DNA from: an uncultured delta proteobacterium
Lineage (GTDB): Bacteria > Myxococcota_A > UBA9160 > UBA4427
Direction: 5' to 3'
DNA: 64,000 nucleotides
NCBI GenBank assembly: GCA_963822965.1
Contig: CAWGJT010000006.1
Coordinates: 896,001 to 960,000, forward strand
The notes below the pieces were generated by a model. It was not told the origin of the DNA. It ran no database searches and saw only the letters and a list, made by a program, of their open reading frames with translations. Below, one piece after another: positions 31,838 to 41,528 of the stretch. Each line of letters starts with the position of its first letter. The first letter of the stretch is position 1. The position numbers were made by a program, and so were the translations under genes.

Positions 31838-33066
31838 TCGGAGCCCTCGCGCTCCGGGGTCTCCGGGGAGGCATCGAGGTGCAGCCTCCCCTTCCGGGAC
31901 CGGGACGGCCGGGGCGATCGGGGCGGCGCCAGCCCGCGCAGGGTGAGGTTCTTTCCGAAGCAGAGCAACACGTCGCCCGGAAGCAGCTCACGGGTGCTCT
32001 TGGGGTTCGGGATCGTGACCCCGCCCCGCTGGATCGTCAGCACGGCGACGTCCCGGTCCCGCAGGCCGCTGTCCTTGATCGTCTTGCCGCACAGTTCGGA
32101 CCGCTCGTCTACGGGCACCTCCATCACCGAGTAGCCGCTCTGCAGCGTGAGGCGCTGGCGGATGTCGATCTCCGGGAAGAGCACCTCCTCCTCGATCAGG
32201 CGAACGATCTCGCCGGCGACGTCCACGCCGGTGGCCGTCTCGATGCCCTCCAGGCCGGGCGAGGAGTTCACCTCCATCACGATCGGGCCCTTGTTTCCCT
32301 CGAGCAGGTCCACGCCCGCCACCCGCAGACCCAGGATCTGCGCCGCATGGACCGCCGTCCGGTTGTACTCCTCGCTGAGCTCGACCACCTCCGCGCGTCC
32401 GCCTCGGTGCACGTTGCTGCGGAACTCGTCGCCCTGGGCGACGCGGCGCATGGCCGCCACGACGCGATTGCCGACCACCAGGGCTCGCACGTCGCGACCC
32501 TTGCTCTCCTTGACGAACTGCTGGAGCAGCACGCTCATCTTCGCCGGCCCCGAGAGCGTCTCGATGATGGCCTCGGCCACCTTGGTGGACTCGGCCAGGA
32601 TCACCCCGATGCCCTGGGTTCCCTCGAGCAGCTTCACCACCACCGGCGGCCCGCCCAGGCGCTCGATGGCCGGCAGGATCTCGGAGGCCTTGCGCACGAA
32701 GAGCGTCTTGGGAAGGCCGATCCGGTGTCGGCTCAGCACCTGCAGGGCGCGCAGCTTGTCACGCGACACGCTGATGGCATGGGAGGGGTTGACGCAGAAG
32801 ACGCCCATCTGCTCGAACTGCCGCACCACCGCCGTCCCGAAGAACGTGACCGAGGCGCCCACCCGGGGCACCACCGCGTCGTAGTGGCTGAGCTTCTTGT
32901 TCTTGTAGTACAGGCGCGGTGCGCCCTGCTCGACCTCGATCGAGAACGAGAGCGTGTCGAGGATCTTCACCTCGTGGCCGCGCATCTCCACCGCTTCGCG
33001 CAGCCTCCGGGTGCTGTAGAGGTTCCGAGAACGGGAGAGGATCGCGATCTTCATGGGTTGCTTCAT
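31834..33066 (-). CDS. rimK: RimK-family alpha-L-glutamate ligase with C-terminal RCK_C (TrkA-C) domain
   Basis: YSTRRL, SRDKLR, KLLEGTQGIGV, EFRSNVHRGG, EVNSSPGLEGIE. Tail VDERSELCGKTIKDSGLRDRDVAVLTIQRGG…LLPGDVLLCFG is RCK_C-like. Confidence 0.92.
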   Translation of the reverse strand: MKQPMKIAILSRSRNLYSTRRLREAVEMRGHEVKILDTLSFSIEVEQGAPRLYYKNKKLSHYDAVVPRVGASVTFFGTAVVRQFEQMGVFCVNPSHAISVSRDKLRALQVLSRHRIGLPKTLFVRKASEILPAIERLGGPPVVVKLLEGTQGIGVILAESTKVAEAIIETLSGPAKMSVLLQQFVKESKGRDVRALVVGNRVVAAMRRVAQGDEFRSNVHRGGRAEVVELSEEYNRTAVHAAQILGLRVAGVDLLEGNKGPIVMEVNSSPGLEGIETATGVDVAGEIVRLIEEEVLFPEIDIRQRLTLQSGYSVMEVPVDERSELCGKTIKDSGLRDRDVAVLTIQRGGVTIPNPKSTRELLPGDVLLCFGKNLTLRGLAPPRSPRPSRSRKGRLHLDASPETPEREGSE

Positions 33067-33192
33067 CCCTTTGCCCCGCGGATCGATTTCGTTGGATTGT
33101 CGCGGGATCGGACGCCGCCCGCCTCGTGCTGCCAGTCTAGCCGGCGACCCGATCGGAGCGAACCGTGCCTTCCTCTTGGACGAGGCGAGTGC

Positions 33193-34239
33193 TCAGATGA
33201 GGCGGCCCTGACGGCCGCGATCGACGAGGGCGAGGCCGAGGTGCTCTCGCGCGGCGCGCGTTGCCACGCGGCCGCGGGGCGTGCGGTCGAGGAAGCCCTG
33301 GTGGATGAGGAAGGGCTCCACCACCTCCTCGATGGTGCCCTTGTCCTCGCCCACGGCGGCGGCCAGGGTCTCGAGGCCGACGGGGCCGCCGTCGAACTTC
33401 TCGACCAGGGTCGTGAGCAACGCCCGGTCGAGCCGGTCGAAGCCCGCCTCGTCCACCTCCAAGCGATCGAGCGCGGAACGAGCTCGGTCGAGCTGCACGG
33501 CCTTCTCGCGGCCCGCCTCGACGCTCGCGAAGTCGCGCACGCGCCGCAGCAGCCGATTCGCGATGCGCGGCGTGCCGCGCGAGCGACGCGCCACCTCGCG
33601 CGCCGCGTCCGCGTCCACGCGCATGCCCAGCAGACCGGCGGATCGCAGGACGATCTGCTCGAGGTCGCCCACCGGGTAGTACTCGAGCCGGGCGCTCCAG
33701 CCAAAGCGGTCGCGCAGCGGCGAGGTGAGCAGTCCCACGCGGGTGGTGGCCCCGATCAGGGTGAAGCATGGCAGGTCCAGCCGGATGGATCGCGCGCTCG
33801 GCCCTTCGCCGATCAACAGGTCGAGCTGGAAGTCCTCCATGGCGGGATAGAGGATCTCCTCGACGCTCGCGGAGAGGCGGTGGATCTCGTCGATGAAGAG
33901 CACGTCACCGGAGTCGAGATTCGAGACGAGGGCGGCGAGATCCCCCGGACGCTCGATGGCGGGGCCGCTGGTGGCGCGGAACTGGGCCCCCATCTCGTTG
34001 GCGACGATGCGCGCGAGGGACGTCTTGCCCAGACCGGGCGGCCCGTGGAAGAGGACGTGGTCGAGGGGCTCGCGTCGTTCCCGGGCGGCCTGGATGAAGA
34101 CCGCGAGGTTCTCGCGCAATCGCTTCTGGCCCACCATCTCGCCGAGCGTGTTGGGCCGCAGACCTTCCTCGAGACGAGCCTCGTCCCCCGCGGCCGCCGG
34201 CGAGAGCTCGCCGCGCACCGGCTCGTCGCCGCGGCTCAT
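33193..34239 (-). CDS. ruvB: Holliday junction branch migration ATPase
   Basis: [45 protein letters not shown]. Confidence 0.98.
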   Translation of the reverse strand: MSRGDEPVRGELSPAAAGDEARLEEGLRPNTLGEMVGQKRLRENLAVFIQAARERREPLDHVLFHGPPGLGKTSLARIVANEMGAQFRATSGPAIERPGDLAALVSNLDSGDVLFIDEIHRLSASVEEILYPAMEDFQLDLLIGEGPSARSIRLDLPCFTLIGATTRVGLLTSPLRDRFGWSARLEYYPVGDLEQIVLRSAGLLGMRVDADAAREVARRSRGTPRIANRLLRRVRDFASVEAGREKAVQLDRARSALDRLEVDEAGFDRLDRALLTTLVEKFDGGPVGLETLAAAVGEDKGTIEEVVEPFLIHQGFLDRTPRGRVATRAAREHLGLALVDRGRQGRLI

Positions 34240-34844
34240 CGGGCGAGGCTCCGGAGCGCGATGCGGATCAGCGACTCGATGGTGGCACCCTCCCCCGACT
34301 CGTCGACCGCCGCCTCGACGACGCGTTCGGCCTGCGAACGGGGATAGCCGAGATTGACGAGGGCCGACAGCAGCTGATCCCGCAGCGCGTCCGCCTCGCT
34401 CGCGACGCTGGGAGCGCTCTCGCCCTCGACGTTCGAGCCGAGCTCCGCAGCCCGATCGCGCAGCTCGACCACCATGCGCTCGGCGGTCTTCGCCCCCACG
34501 CCCGGGATGCCCTTCATGGCGGCGACCTCCCCGTCGCGCAGGGCGGCCACCAGTCGCTCCGGCGACATGCCCGAGAGGATCGTCTGGGCCAGCTTCGGAC
34601 CCACGCGATTGGCGCGCAGCAGCAGCTCGAAGACCTGCTTCTCGTACGCGGTCGCGAAGCCGTAGAGCAGCAGCGCATCCTCCCGGGCCACCGTGTGGGC
34701 GTGGAGGGCCACGGTCTTGCCGGCGTCCGGCAGCACGGCCGAGGTGGAGAGCGAGACGTGCAGCTCGTAGCCGACGCCGTTCACGTCCAGCACGACCCGC
34801 ACCGGCGCCTTCTCGCGCAGGACGCCTTCCATCCAGGCGATCAC
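34236..34844 (-). CDS. ruvA: Holliday junction DNA-binding protein
   Basis: [39 protein letters not shown] start. Confidence 0.95.
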   Translation of the reverse strand: MIAWMEGVLREKAPVRVVLDVNGVGYELHVSLSTSAVLPDAGKTVALHAHTVAREDALLLYGFATAYEKQVFELLLRANRVGPKLAQTILSGMSPERLVAALRDGEVAAMKGIPGVGAKTAERMVVELRDRAAELGSNVEGESAPSVASEADALRDQLLSALVNLGYPRSQAERVVEAAVDESGEGATIESLIRIALRSLAR

Positions 34845-34857
34845 GAAGCGGCTCCCG

Positions 34858-35406
34858 TCACGGCGTCGTCCTCCGCACGGGGGGCGGCGTGGTGCGGCGT
34901 CGCGGCCGCCGCGAGCGCGCGCGGACGTCCAGTCCCCCGAGCCGGCCCATCTGTGCCCGGCAGATGGCCGCGGCGAGCGCGTCGGAGGCGTCGGCTGCGG
35001 GCGGCGGGGCCAGGCACAGCAGGCGACCGACCATCGCCTGGACCTGCGGCTTCTCCGCCCCGCCGGCACCGGTCACCGCCTTCTTGATCTCGCGGGCTGA
35101 CAGCTCGTCCACGGGAATCCCCTCGGCGCCCAGGGTCGCCAGGATCGCACCGCGGGCCTGTCCCAGCACCAGCGCCGAGCGGGCGTTCACCGACACGAAC
35201 ACCCGCTCCACCACCGCGCGGTCCGGCGCGTGCTCGCGGATGGCGCGGCGCAGCTCGCTCTGGATGCCGGCGAGCCGCAGCGCCAGCGGCTGCCGCAGGG
35301 AGGTTCGGATCGTCCCGTGCGCGATGTGGACGATGCCCCCCGCTGCGCGCTCGACCACGCCGAAGCCGGTCGCGCTCGAGCCGGGGTCGATTCCCAGGAT
35401 CCGCAT
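34858..35406 (-). CDS. ruvC: crossover junction endodeoxyribonuclease
   Basis: ILGIDPG, VVERVF, LGQARG, KKAVTG.G.A.K.QV, DASDALA. Confidence 0.96.
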   Translation of the reverse strand: MRILGIDPGSSATGFGVVERAAGGIVHIAHGTIRTSLRQPLALRLAGIQSELRRAIREHAPDRAVVERVFVSVNARSALVLGQARGAILATLGAEGIPVDELSAREIKKAVTGAGGAEKPQVQAMVGRLLCLAPPPAADASDALAAAICRAQMGRLGGLDVRARSRRPRRRTTPPPVRRTTP

Positions 35407-35628
35407 CGCCAGCCACCCCCCGTGGGCCGGGCGTTCGAGGACTCGCTGCTCGACGGCTCTCCCCGGGAACCCCGGCGCGCTCGCAGGCGCGGTGCGCCCC
35501 GACGAGAGCCGTACCGGGACTCTAACGAGGAAGCGCCCCGACTCCCAATCTCCAGCGCACCCAGCCCGACCGGGACCCCGCGACGAGGGCCGATCGGGAC
35601 GCCGCGACCGAAGCCGCCGATCGGGCCG

Positions 35629-36375
35629 TCAGGCGTACCGCGCCATCTCGTCTTCGGAGATCTCGAAGTTCGCGTAGACGTTCTGCACGTCGTCCAGGTC
35701 TTCCAGGGCGTCCATCAGGCGAAGCATGCTCTCCGCGTCGCCGCCCTCGAGCTTCACGGTGGTGCTGGGCTCCATGCTGATCTCGGCGTTGGCCGGCTCG
35801 AGGCCCCCGGCCACCAGGGCGTCCCGCACCTGCTCGAAGTCGCCCGGCGTCGTCACCACGTCCACCGTGCCCTCGCCCTCGACCACGTCCTCGGCGCCCG
35901 CCTCCAGAGCGGCCTCCATGAGGGCGTCGAGGTCGATGCCCTTCGCGAGGAAGCTGACGACGCCCTTCTTCTCGAAGAGGTAGGAGACGCAGCCGACCGA
36001 GCCGAGGCTGCCCCCATTCTTCGTCAGGGCGTGGCGAACTTCCCCCACCGTCCGGTTCTTGTTGTCGGAGAGGGTCTCCACCAGGATGGCCACGCCGCCG
36101 GGGCCGTAGCCCTCGTAGACGCCCTCGTCGTACTGCTCACCCTCGAGGTTGCCGGCGCCCTTCTGGATGGCCCGCTCGATGTTGTCCTTGGGCATGTTGG
36201 CGGCCTTGGCCTTGTCGACCACCAGCCGCAGGCGGGGATTCGAGTCGATCTCCGCGCCACCGATCCGCGCCGCCGTCGACAGCTCGCGGATCAGCTTGGT
36301 GAAGATCTTGCCGCGCTTGGCGTCCGCCGCGCCCTTCTTCCTCTTGATTGTCGACCACTTGGAGTGACCGGACAT
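35629..36375 (-). CDS. yebC: YebC/PmpR family protein
   Basis: [43 protein letters not shown]. Confidence 0.96.
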   Translation of the reverse strand: MSGHSKWSTIKRKKGAADAKRGKIFTKLIRELSTAARIGGAEIDSNPRLRLVVDKAKAANMPKDNIERAIQKGAGNLEGEQYDEGVYEGYGPGGVAILVETLSDNKNRTVGEVRHALTKNGGSLGSVGCVSYLFEKKGVVSFLAKGIDLDALMEAALEAGAEDVVEGEGTVDVVTTPGDFEQVRDALVAGGLEPANAEISMEPSTTVKLEGGDAESMLRLMDALEDLDDVQNVYANFEISEDEMARYA

Positions 36376-36557
36376 GCCGCAGGACCCCCTGGTTCCACCG
36401 CCCTGTCAGGTAGCACGAGGGCCTCGGGCGAGCCAAGCGCGGCGCCGCTCAGGAAAGGGCCCGGGCCTGCCGATATCGCCTGAGAGGGCGCCCTCCCCGC
36501 AGGGCGCCCTGTCCGCCGGGCGGGTCGGATCCGGCGCCAGGACGGGGAGGAGGCCCA

Positions 36558-38825
36558 ATGGCCGCACGCGCCATCGGCATCGATCTGGGTACCAGCAACT
36601 CGTGCGTCGCGACGGTGCGCGGCAGCACGGTCGAAGTCCTCCCGAACGCGTTCGGCGAGAACACGACCGCAAGTGTCGTGGCCTTCTCTCCCGACGGCTC
36701 GATCACGGTGGGCAACGCAGCGCGGGCCAACATCATCCACGACCCCGAGCACACGGTGTCGTCCGCCAAGCGTCTGATCGGCCGCTACTTCTTCTCCGAG
36801 GAGGTCAAGAAGGCCCAGGCGATCTGCTCGTACGAGATCATCGAAGGGCCGAACCACGGCGTTCGCATCCAGGTCCGGGAAGAGGCGTTCTCCCTCCCCG
36901 AGATCTCGGCGATGGTGCTGCGCGAGATGAAGCAGCTCGCGGAGACGCGCATCGGCGAAGAGGTCCGCCAGGCCGTGATCACCGTGCCGGCGTACTTCAA
37001 CGACAACCAGCGCCAGGCCACCAAGGACGCGGGCAAGATCGCCGGCCTCGAGGTGCTGCGCATCCTGAACGAGCCGACGGCCGCGGCGCTCGCCTACGGA
37101 TTCGGCAAGGGCCTCGACCAGCGCGTCGCCGTCTACGACCTGGGCGGCGGCACCTTCGATATCTCCATCCTCGAGATCGGCAAGGACATCTTCGAGGTCC
37201 TCTCGACCTGCGGTGACACCTTCCTCGGCGGCGACGACTTCGACGACCGCATCATCGACCTCGTGGCGGACGAGTTCGTCCAGCGCGAGGGCATCAACAT
37301 CCGCAACGACCCCTACGCGTTCGAGAAGCTGAAGGTCGCCGCCGAGGCCGCGAAGCGCGGCCTCTCGCTGGAAGAAGAGGTGGAGATCCGCATTCCGGAC
37401 ATCCTGGTCGGCGCGGACGGCCAGTCGCGGTCCATCGAGCGCCGCGTCACGAGCATGGAGTTCTCGAGCCTCGTGATGGACCTGATCCAGCGCACCTTCA
37501 AGGTGTGCGACGAGGCCATGCAGCAGGCCGACCTCACCGTGAAGGATCTCGACGGCGTGATCCTCGTGGGCGGCCCGACCCGCCTGCCGGTGATCCGCCA
37601 GGCGGTCCGCGACTACTTCCAGCAGGAGCCCCGCGCAGACGTCGACCCGGACGAGGTCGTCGCCATGGGTGCGGCCATCCACGCCAACTCCCTGGTGAAC
37701 GAGAGCGCCGAGTCGTTCCTGCTCGACGTCACGCCCCTGGACCTGCGCATCGGCGTCGCGGGTGGCATGGCCGAGCCCGTGATCGAGCGCAACACGCCGG
37801 TTCCGATCGAGCAGTCGCGCATGTTCACGACCTTCTCGGACTTCCAGGAGACCGTGGACATCCGGGTCTACCAGGGCGACTCGCGTGAGGCGAGCGAGAA
37901 CGAGATGCTCGGTCAGTTCCAGTTCTCGGGCTTCAAGAAGGCCCGACGCGGCGAGGTCTCGATCGAAGTCACGTTCGAGATCAACGCCGACGGCATCGTG
38001 AGCGTGAAGGCCTGCGACCCCGAGACGGGCGCCCAGACCCAGATGTCGATCACCCTGTCGTCCGGCCTCTCGAACGAGGAGCTCGAGAGCATCCTCGAAG
38101 AGAACCCGGCGGCGCGCGTGAAGTCGTCCGCACCGGCTTCGGGCCCCGTCGCCGCGCCGGGCATGCCCGCGCTCGACGCCGAGCTCACGACCCTGGACGA
38201 CGAGGACGTAGAGCACGCGAAGGCCGGCGGCACCTTCTCGGGCGCAGATGCGGACCCGGACGCCGGCGACCTCGAGGTGCTGGCGGGAAGCGACGACACG
38301 GAGGCCGACTTCCTCGACGACGACTCGATCGACGGCGACCTCGACGTGGAGCTCAGCGACGAAGATCTCGAGACGATGGCGGTGCTGGACGACGACGCCG
38401 GAGCGGCTCCGACCGCCGGAACCACCGACGACCTGGAAGCCCTCGACGTCGCCCTCGACGGCCGCGCCCTGCCCGAGATCGAGGGGGACACGGACCTGGA
38501 GCTGGACGCCGGCCAGGGCGTGGGTGCCCCGCCGGCCGCCGACCCCTTCGTGGCGCACGCCGGCGAAGCCGTCGTCGAGCTGGACGCCGCAGACGACCCC
38601 ATCGAGCTGGCCGACGACGGACCGGCCCTCGAGCTGGCCGGCGCCGCCGAAGCCGTGCTGACCCCGGTCGAGCTCGAGACGATGGACGCCAGTGAGCTCG
38701 AGCTCGTCGACGAGGCGGTGGTCGAGCTGCAGCCCGACCCCGGAGCGAACGCCGGCGGCGAAGGCGAGGAGCTCTTCGACCGGAACAACCGCGATCTCTC
38801 CGCCGGTCTCGACGACGAGTCATGA
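36558..38825 (+). CDS. atypical Hsp70/DnaK-family chaperone with acidic low-complexity C-terminus
   Basis: [57 protein letters not shown]. The region after SGLSNEEL is D/E-rich. Confidence 0.92.
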   Translation: MAARAIGIDLGTSNSCVATVRGSTVEVLPNAFGENTTASVVAFSPDGSITVGNAARANIIHDPEHTVSSAKRLIGRYFFSEEVKKAQAICSYEIIEGPNHGVRIQVREEAFSLPEISAMVLREMKQLAETRIGEEVRQAVITVPAYFNDNQRQATKDAGKIAGLEVLRILNEPTAAALAYGFGKGLDQRVAVYDLGGGTFDISILEIGKDIFEVLSTCGDTFLGGDDFDDRIIDLVADEFVQREGINIRNDPYAFEKLKVAAEAAKRGLSLEEEVEIRIPDILVGADGQSRSIERRVTSMEFSSLVMDLIQRTFKVCDEAMQQADLTVKDLDGVILVGGPTRLPVIRQAVRDYFQQEPRADVDPDEVVAMGAAIHANSLVNESAESFLLDVTPLDLRIGVAGGMAEPVIERNTPVPIEQSRMFTTFSDFQETVDIRVYQGDSREASENEMLGQFQFSGFKKARRGEVSIEVTFEINADGIVSVKACDPETGAQTQMSITLSSGLSNEELESILEENPAARVKSSAPASGPVAAPGMPALDAELTTLDDEDVEHAKAGGTFSGADADPDAGDLEVLAGSDDTEADFLDDDSIDGDLDVELSDEDLETMAVLDDDAGAAPTAGTTDDLEALDVALDGRALPEIEGDTDLELDAGQGVGAPPAADPFVAHAGEAVVELDAADDPIELADDGPALELAGAAEAVLTPVELETMDASELELVDEAVVELQPDPGANAGGEGEELFDRNNRDLSAGLDDES

Positions 38826-39391
38826 CGACCGGCGGGCAGGTCCACCCCCCCTCGTCGCAGCCCCTCAGGAGACAAGCTGCCGTGCCTTCGCTGCCTCCCC
38901 TGGAAATCCAGGCCCTCGTCAAGATCCTCGACGAGCTGGACTACTACCAGATCCTGCATCTGGAGGAGGAGGCGACGCAGAGCGAGATCAAGAGGGCCTA
39001 CTTCGCCACCTCGCGCACCTTCCATCCCGACGCCAATCGCCACCTGGACGGCGAGCTGCGCGACCACTGCATGCGCATCTCCAAGCGCGTGACGGAGGCC
39101 TACTGCGTGCTGCGCGACCCGAGGCGGCGCAAGGCCTACGACGCGCAGCGCGAGGAGGAGGCCGGAGCCATCCGCATGCAGCTCGCGGACGCCCGGGCCA
39201 GCCACGTGAAGAAGGACAGCGAGGAACGCCAGGGCCGCACGGCCCAGGGCCGCCAGTTCTACCAGAAGGCGGCCGCGGCGCTCCAGCGCGGCGACCGCCT
39301 GGGCGCCATCAACAACCTCCAGATGGCGCTCACCTTCGAGCCCGACAACGCCTTCTTCAAGCAGCAGCTCGCGGTGGCGAAGGCCGGCTGA
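38822..39391 (+). CDS. J-domain protein with C-terminal TPR-like helix pair
   Basis: DYYQIL, EIKRAY, FHPD, EAYCVLRDP.RRKAYD. Overlaps the Hsp70 stop; an alternative GTG start lies at 38882. Confidence 0.9.
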   Translation: MTTGGQVHPPSSQPLRRQAAVPSLPPLEIQALVKILDELDYYQILHLEEEATQSEIKRAYFATSRTFHPDANRHLDGELRDHCMRISKRVTEAYCVLRDPRRRKAYDAQREEEAGAIRMQLADARASHVKKDSEERQGRTAQGRQFYQKAAAALQRGDRLGAINNLQMALTFEPDNAFFKQQLAVAKAG

Positions 39392-39398
39392 GCCCCCG

Positions 39399-39428
39399 TT
39401 GACATCCGTGTAGGTAAGCTGGCATCCT
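39399..39428 (+). promoter_or_regulatory. sigma70-type promoter
   Basis: Perfect TTGACA -35, then TG-n-CATCCT 18 bp downstream. Confidence 0.45.
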
Positions 39429-39484
39429 GCCTGGGTTCCTCCCGGTCCCTCACCCCCCGAGAGGAATCGGGAGGTGCCTGCGAA

Positions 39485-39913
39485 ATGTCGGAAGAGAAAG
39501 CGGGACAGGCCCTGCGGCCGGTCGTCTCGTTCCTGAAGATTCCCGCCAGTGGGGATCCCTACCTCGAAGGCTCGAAGTGCAAGGCGTGCGGCGCCGTGTT
39601 CCTCGGCGAGCGTTCGATCTGCTCGAGCTGCACGGCGCGCGACAAGATGGAGACGGTGAAGCTCTCGAACCGCGGGGAGCTCTACGTCTACTCGATCGTC
39701 CACCGCTCCTTCCCCGGCATCGAGGTGCCCTACGTGTCGGCGGTGGTCGACCTCGAGGGCGGCGGAACGGTGAAGGGCAACCTGATCAACGTGGAGCCCG
39801 ACCCCGAGAAGATCGAGATGGGCATGCCCGTCGAGGTCATCTACCGGACGGCGCCGCGCAAGGACGCCGAGGGCAACGAGTACCTGACCTACTATTTTCA
39901 GCCGCGTGCCTGA
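39485..39913 (+). CDS. Zn-ribbon/OB-fold (DUF35) acyl-CoA-binding thiolase partner
   Basis: CKAC…CSSC, G.LYVYSIV, PYVSAVVDL, GMPVEV. Upstream of a thiolase. Confidence 0.9.
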   Translation: MSEEKAGQALRPVVSFLKIPASGDPYLEGSKCKACGAVFLGERSICSSCTARDKMETVKLSNRGELYVYSIVHRSFPGIEVPYVSAVVDLEGGGTVKGNLINVEPDPEKIEMGMPVEVIYRTAPRKDAEGNEYLTYYFQPRA

Positions 39914-40143
39914 CGCCACGCGGCAGCTGAGGGCTCCTTTCAGCCGCGTGACTCACGCTACGCGGCAGCTGAGGGCTCCTTTTTCAGCCGCGTGCCTGAC
40001 GCCACGCGGCAGCTGAGGGCTCCTTTCAGCCGCGTGACTCACGCTACGCGGCAGCTGAGGGCTCCTTTTTCAGCCGCGTGCCTGACGCTACGCGGCAGCT
40101 GAGGGCTCCAAATGCGCGGCTGAAGGCTCGCTCCAGCCGCGCA
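39899..40143. repeat. array of five 39-bp palindromic units (42/44-bp period) plus a related hairpin
   Basis: CAGCCGCGTG[CCTG/ACTC]ACGC[C/T]ACGCGGCAGCTGAGGGCTCC at 39899, 39941, 39985, 40027 and 40071, joined by T3/T5 linkers. Followed by TGCGCGGCTG…CAGCCGCGCA. Confidence 0.95.
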
Positions 40144-40216
40144 GCCGGAGACTCTTTCCAACACGAAGCTCGGAGCTTCCTCGTCCAACCGGGGACCGGG
40201 CTCGAGGAGATCCAGA

Positions 40217-41359
40217 ATGGGTAACGACGTCTATATCGTCGGTGTCGACATGATCAAGTTCGGGCGCTTCCCGGAAACGACCGTCCCGCGCCTCGGCGCC
40301 CAGGCGGCCATGATGGCCCTGGACGACGCCGGGCTGGCGATGAAGGACATGGAGGCCCTCTACAGCGGCAACCTCGGTCAGGCGGCCGCCATGGTCGGGC
40401 AGCGGATCCTGGCGGAGATCGGCCAGACCGGCATTCCCGTCGTCAACTGTGCGAACGCCTGCGCGACCGGCGCCACCGCCTTCCGCGAGGGCTGGATGGC
40501 CATCAAGGCGGGCATCTACGACACGGTCCTCTGCGTGGGCAGCGAGCAGATGGGCCGGGGCCTGCTGGGCGGCGGCGGCGGCGGAAAGGGCATCCCGACC
40601 GAGGGCCTGCTGGGCTCGGGCACGATGCCCAGCGTGTTCGCCGAGGCGGGCATGGAGCACACCCGCAAGTACGGCACCACCTTCGAGCAATTCGCGAAGG
40701 TGTCCGTCAAGAACCACCACCACTCCACCATGAATCCGAAGGCGATGTACCAGATCGAGACGCCTCTCGAGACGGTGATGAACGCCGAGATGATCTCGTA
40801 CCCGAACACCAAGCTGATGTGCTCGGTGAACGTGGACGGGTCGGCGGCGGCCGTGCTCGTCTCCGAGCGCAAGCTGAAGCAGATCGGCAGCAAGCGCGCG
40901 GTGAAGGTGCTGGCCTCGGTGCTGACGAGCGATCCCTACCAGGAGCGAAACCTCTCGATGCCGGACGTCAACACCTGCACCCAGCAGGCGGCGGCCAAGG
41001 CGTACGAGATGGCGGGGCTCGGCGCGGACGACATCGATCTGGTGGAGCTGCACGACTGCTTCGCGACCGCGGAGATCCTGCACTACGGGAATCTCGGACT
41101 GGGCAAGCCCGAGGATGCGGGCCGCATGATCGACGAGGGTGAGACCGCACTGGGCGGCCGCATCCCGGTGAACGTCTCGGGCGGCCTGCTCTCGAAGGGG
41201 CACCCGCTGGGAGCCACGGGCATCGCGAACATCTACGAAGTGAGCACGCACCTGCGCGGCGAGGCGGGCAAGCGGCAGGTCGAGGGGGCACGTCACGGCC
41301 TGACCCACGTGATCGGCCTCGGAAGCGCCTGCGCGATCCACATTCTCGAGAAGGTCTGA
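40217..41359 (+). CDS. SCP2-type thiolase (lipid-transfer protein family)
   Basis: NACATG (active Cys), VELHDCF, NVSGGLLSKGHPLGATG, KRQVEGA. Confidence 0.92.
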   Translation: MGNDVYIVGVDMIKFGRFPETTVPRLGAQAAMMALDDAGLAMKDMEALYSGNLGQAAAMVGQRILAEIGQTGIPVVNCANACATGATAFREGWMAIKAGIYDTVLCVGSEQMGRGLLGGGGGGKGIPTEGLLGSGTMPSVFAEAGMEHTRKYGTTFEQFAKVSVKNHHHSTMNPKAMYQIETPLETVMNAEMISYPNTKLMCSVNVDGSAAAVLVSERKLKQIGSKRAVKVLASVLTSDPYQERNLSMPDVNTCTQQAAAKAYEMAGLGADDIDLVELHDCFATAEILHYGNLGLGKPEDAGRMIDEGETALGGRIPVNVSGGLLSKGHPLGATGIANIYEVSTHLRGEAGKRQVEGARHGLTHVIGLGSACAIHILEKV

Positions 41360-41369
41360 CCTGCGCCAC

Positions 41370-41432
41370 GGCTGAGGGTCTTCCGCTGGCCGAAGGCTCT
41401 CCTGCCGCTGAAGGCTCTCCTCCGCTGAAGGA
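41370..41432. repeat. short degenerate direct repeats after thiolase
   Basis: GCTGAGGGTCTT / GCCGAAGGCTCTCC / GCTGAAGGCTCTCC / GCTGAAGG. Shares the GCTGA(A/G)GGCTC core of the upstream array. Confidence 0.6.
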
Positions 41433-41528
41433 GAACGGTGTTCGAGGCGCCGTCGCGCGGGTGCGCGGCGGCGCCTCTGCGTTCCGGGCTCGCTTGCCCG
41501 GACGCCGTGCCCCGGTATCCTGCCGCGC

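Noticed and set aside
39899..40109. Possible CRISPR array
   Set aside because: Units are joined only by T3/T5 linkers and differ by a few alternating bases. There are no unique spacers and no cas genes in the window.
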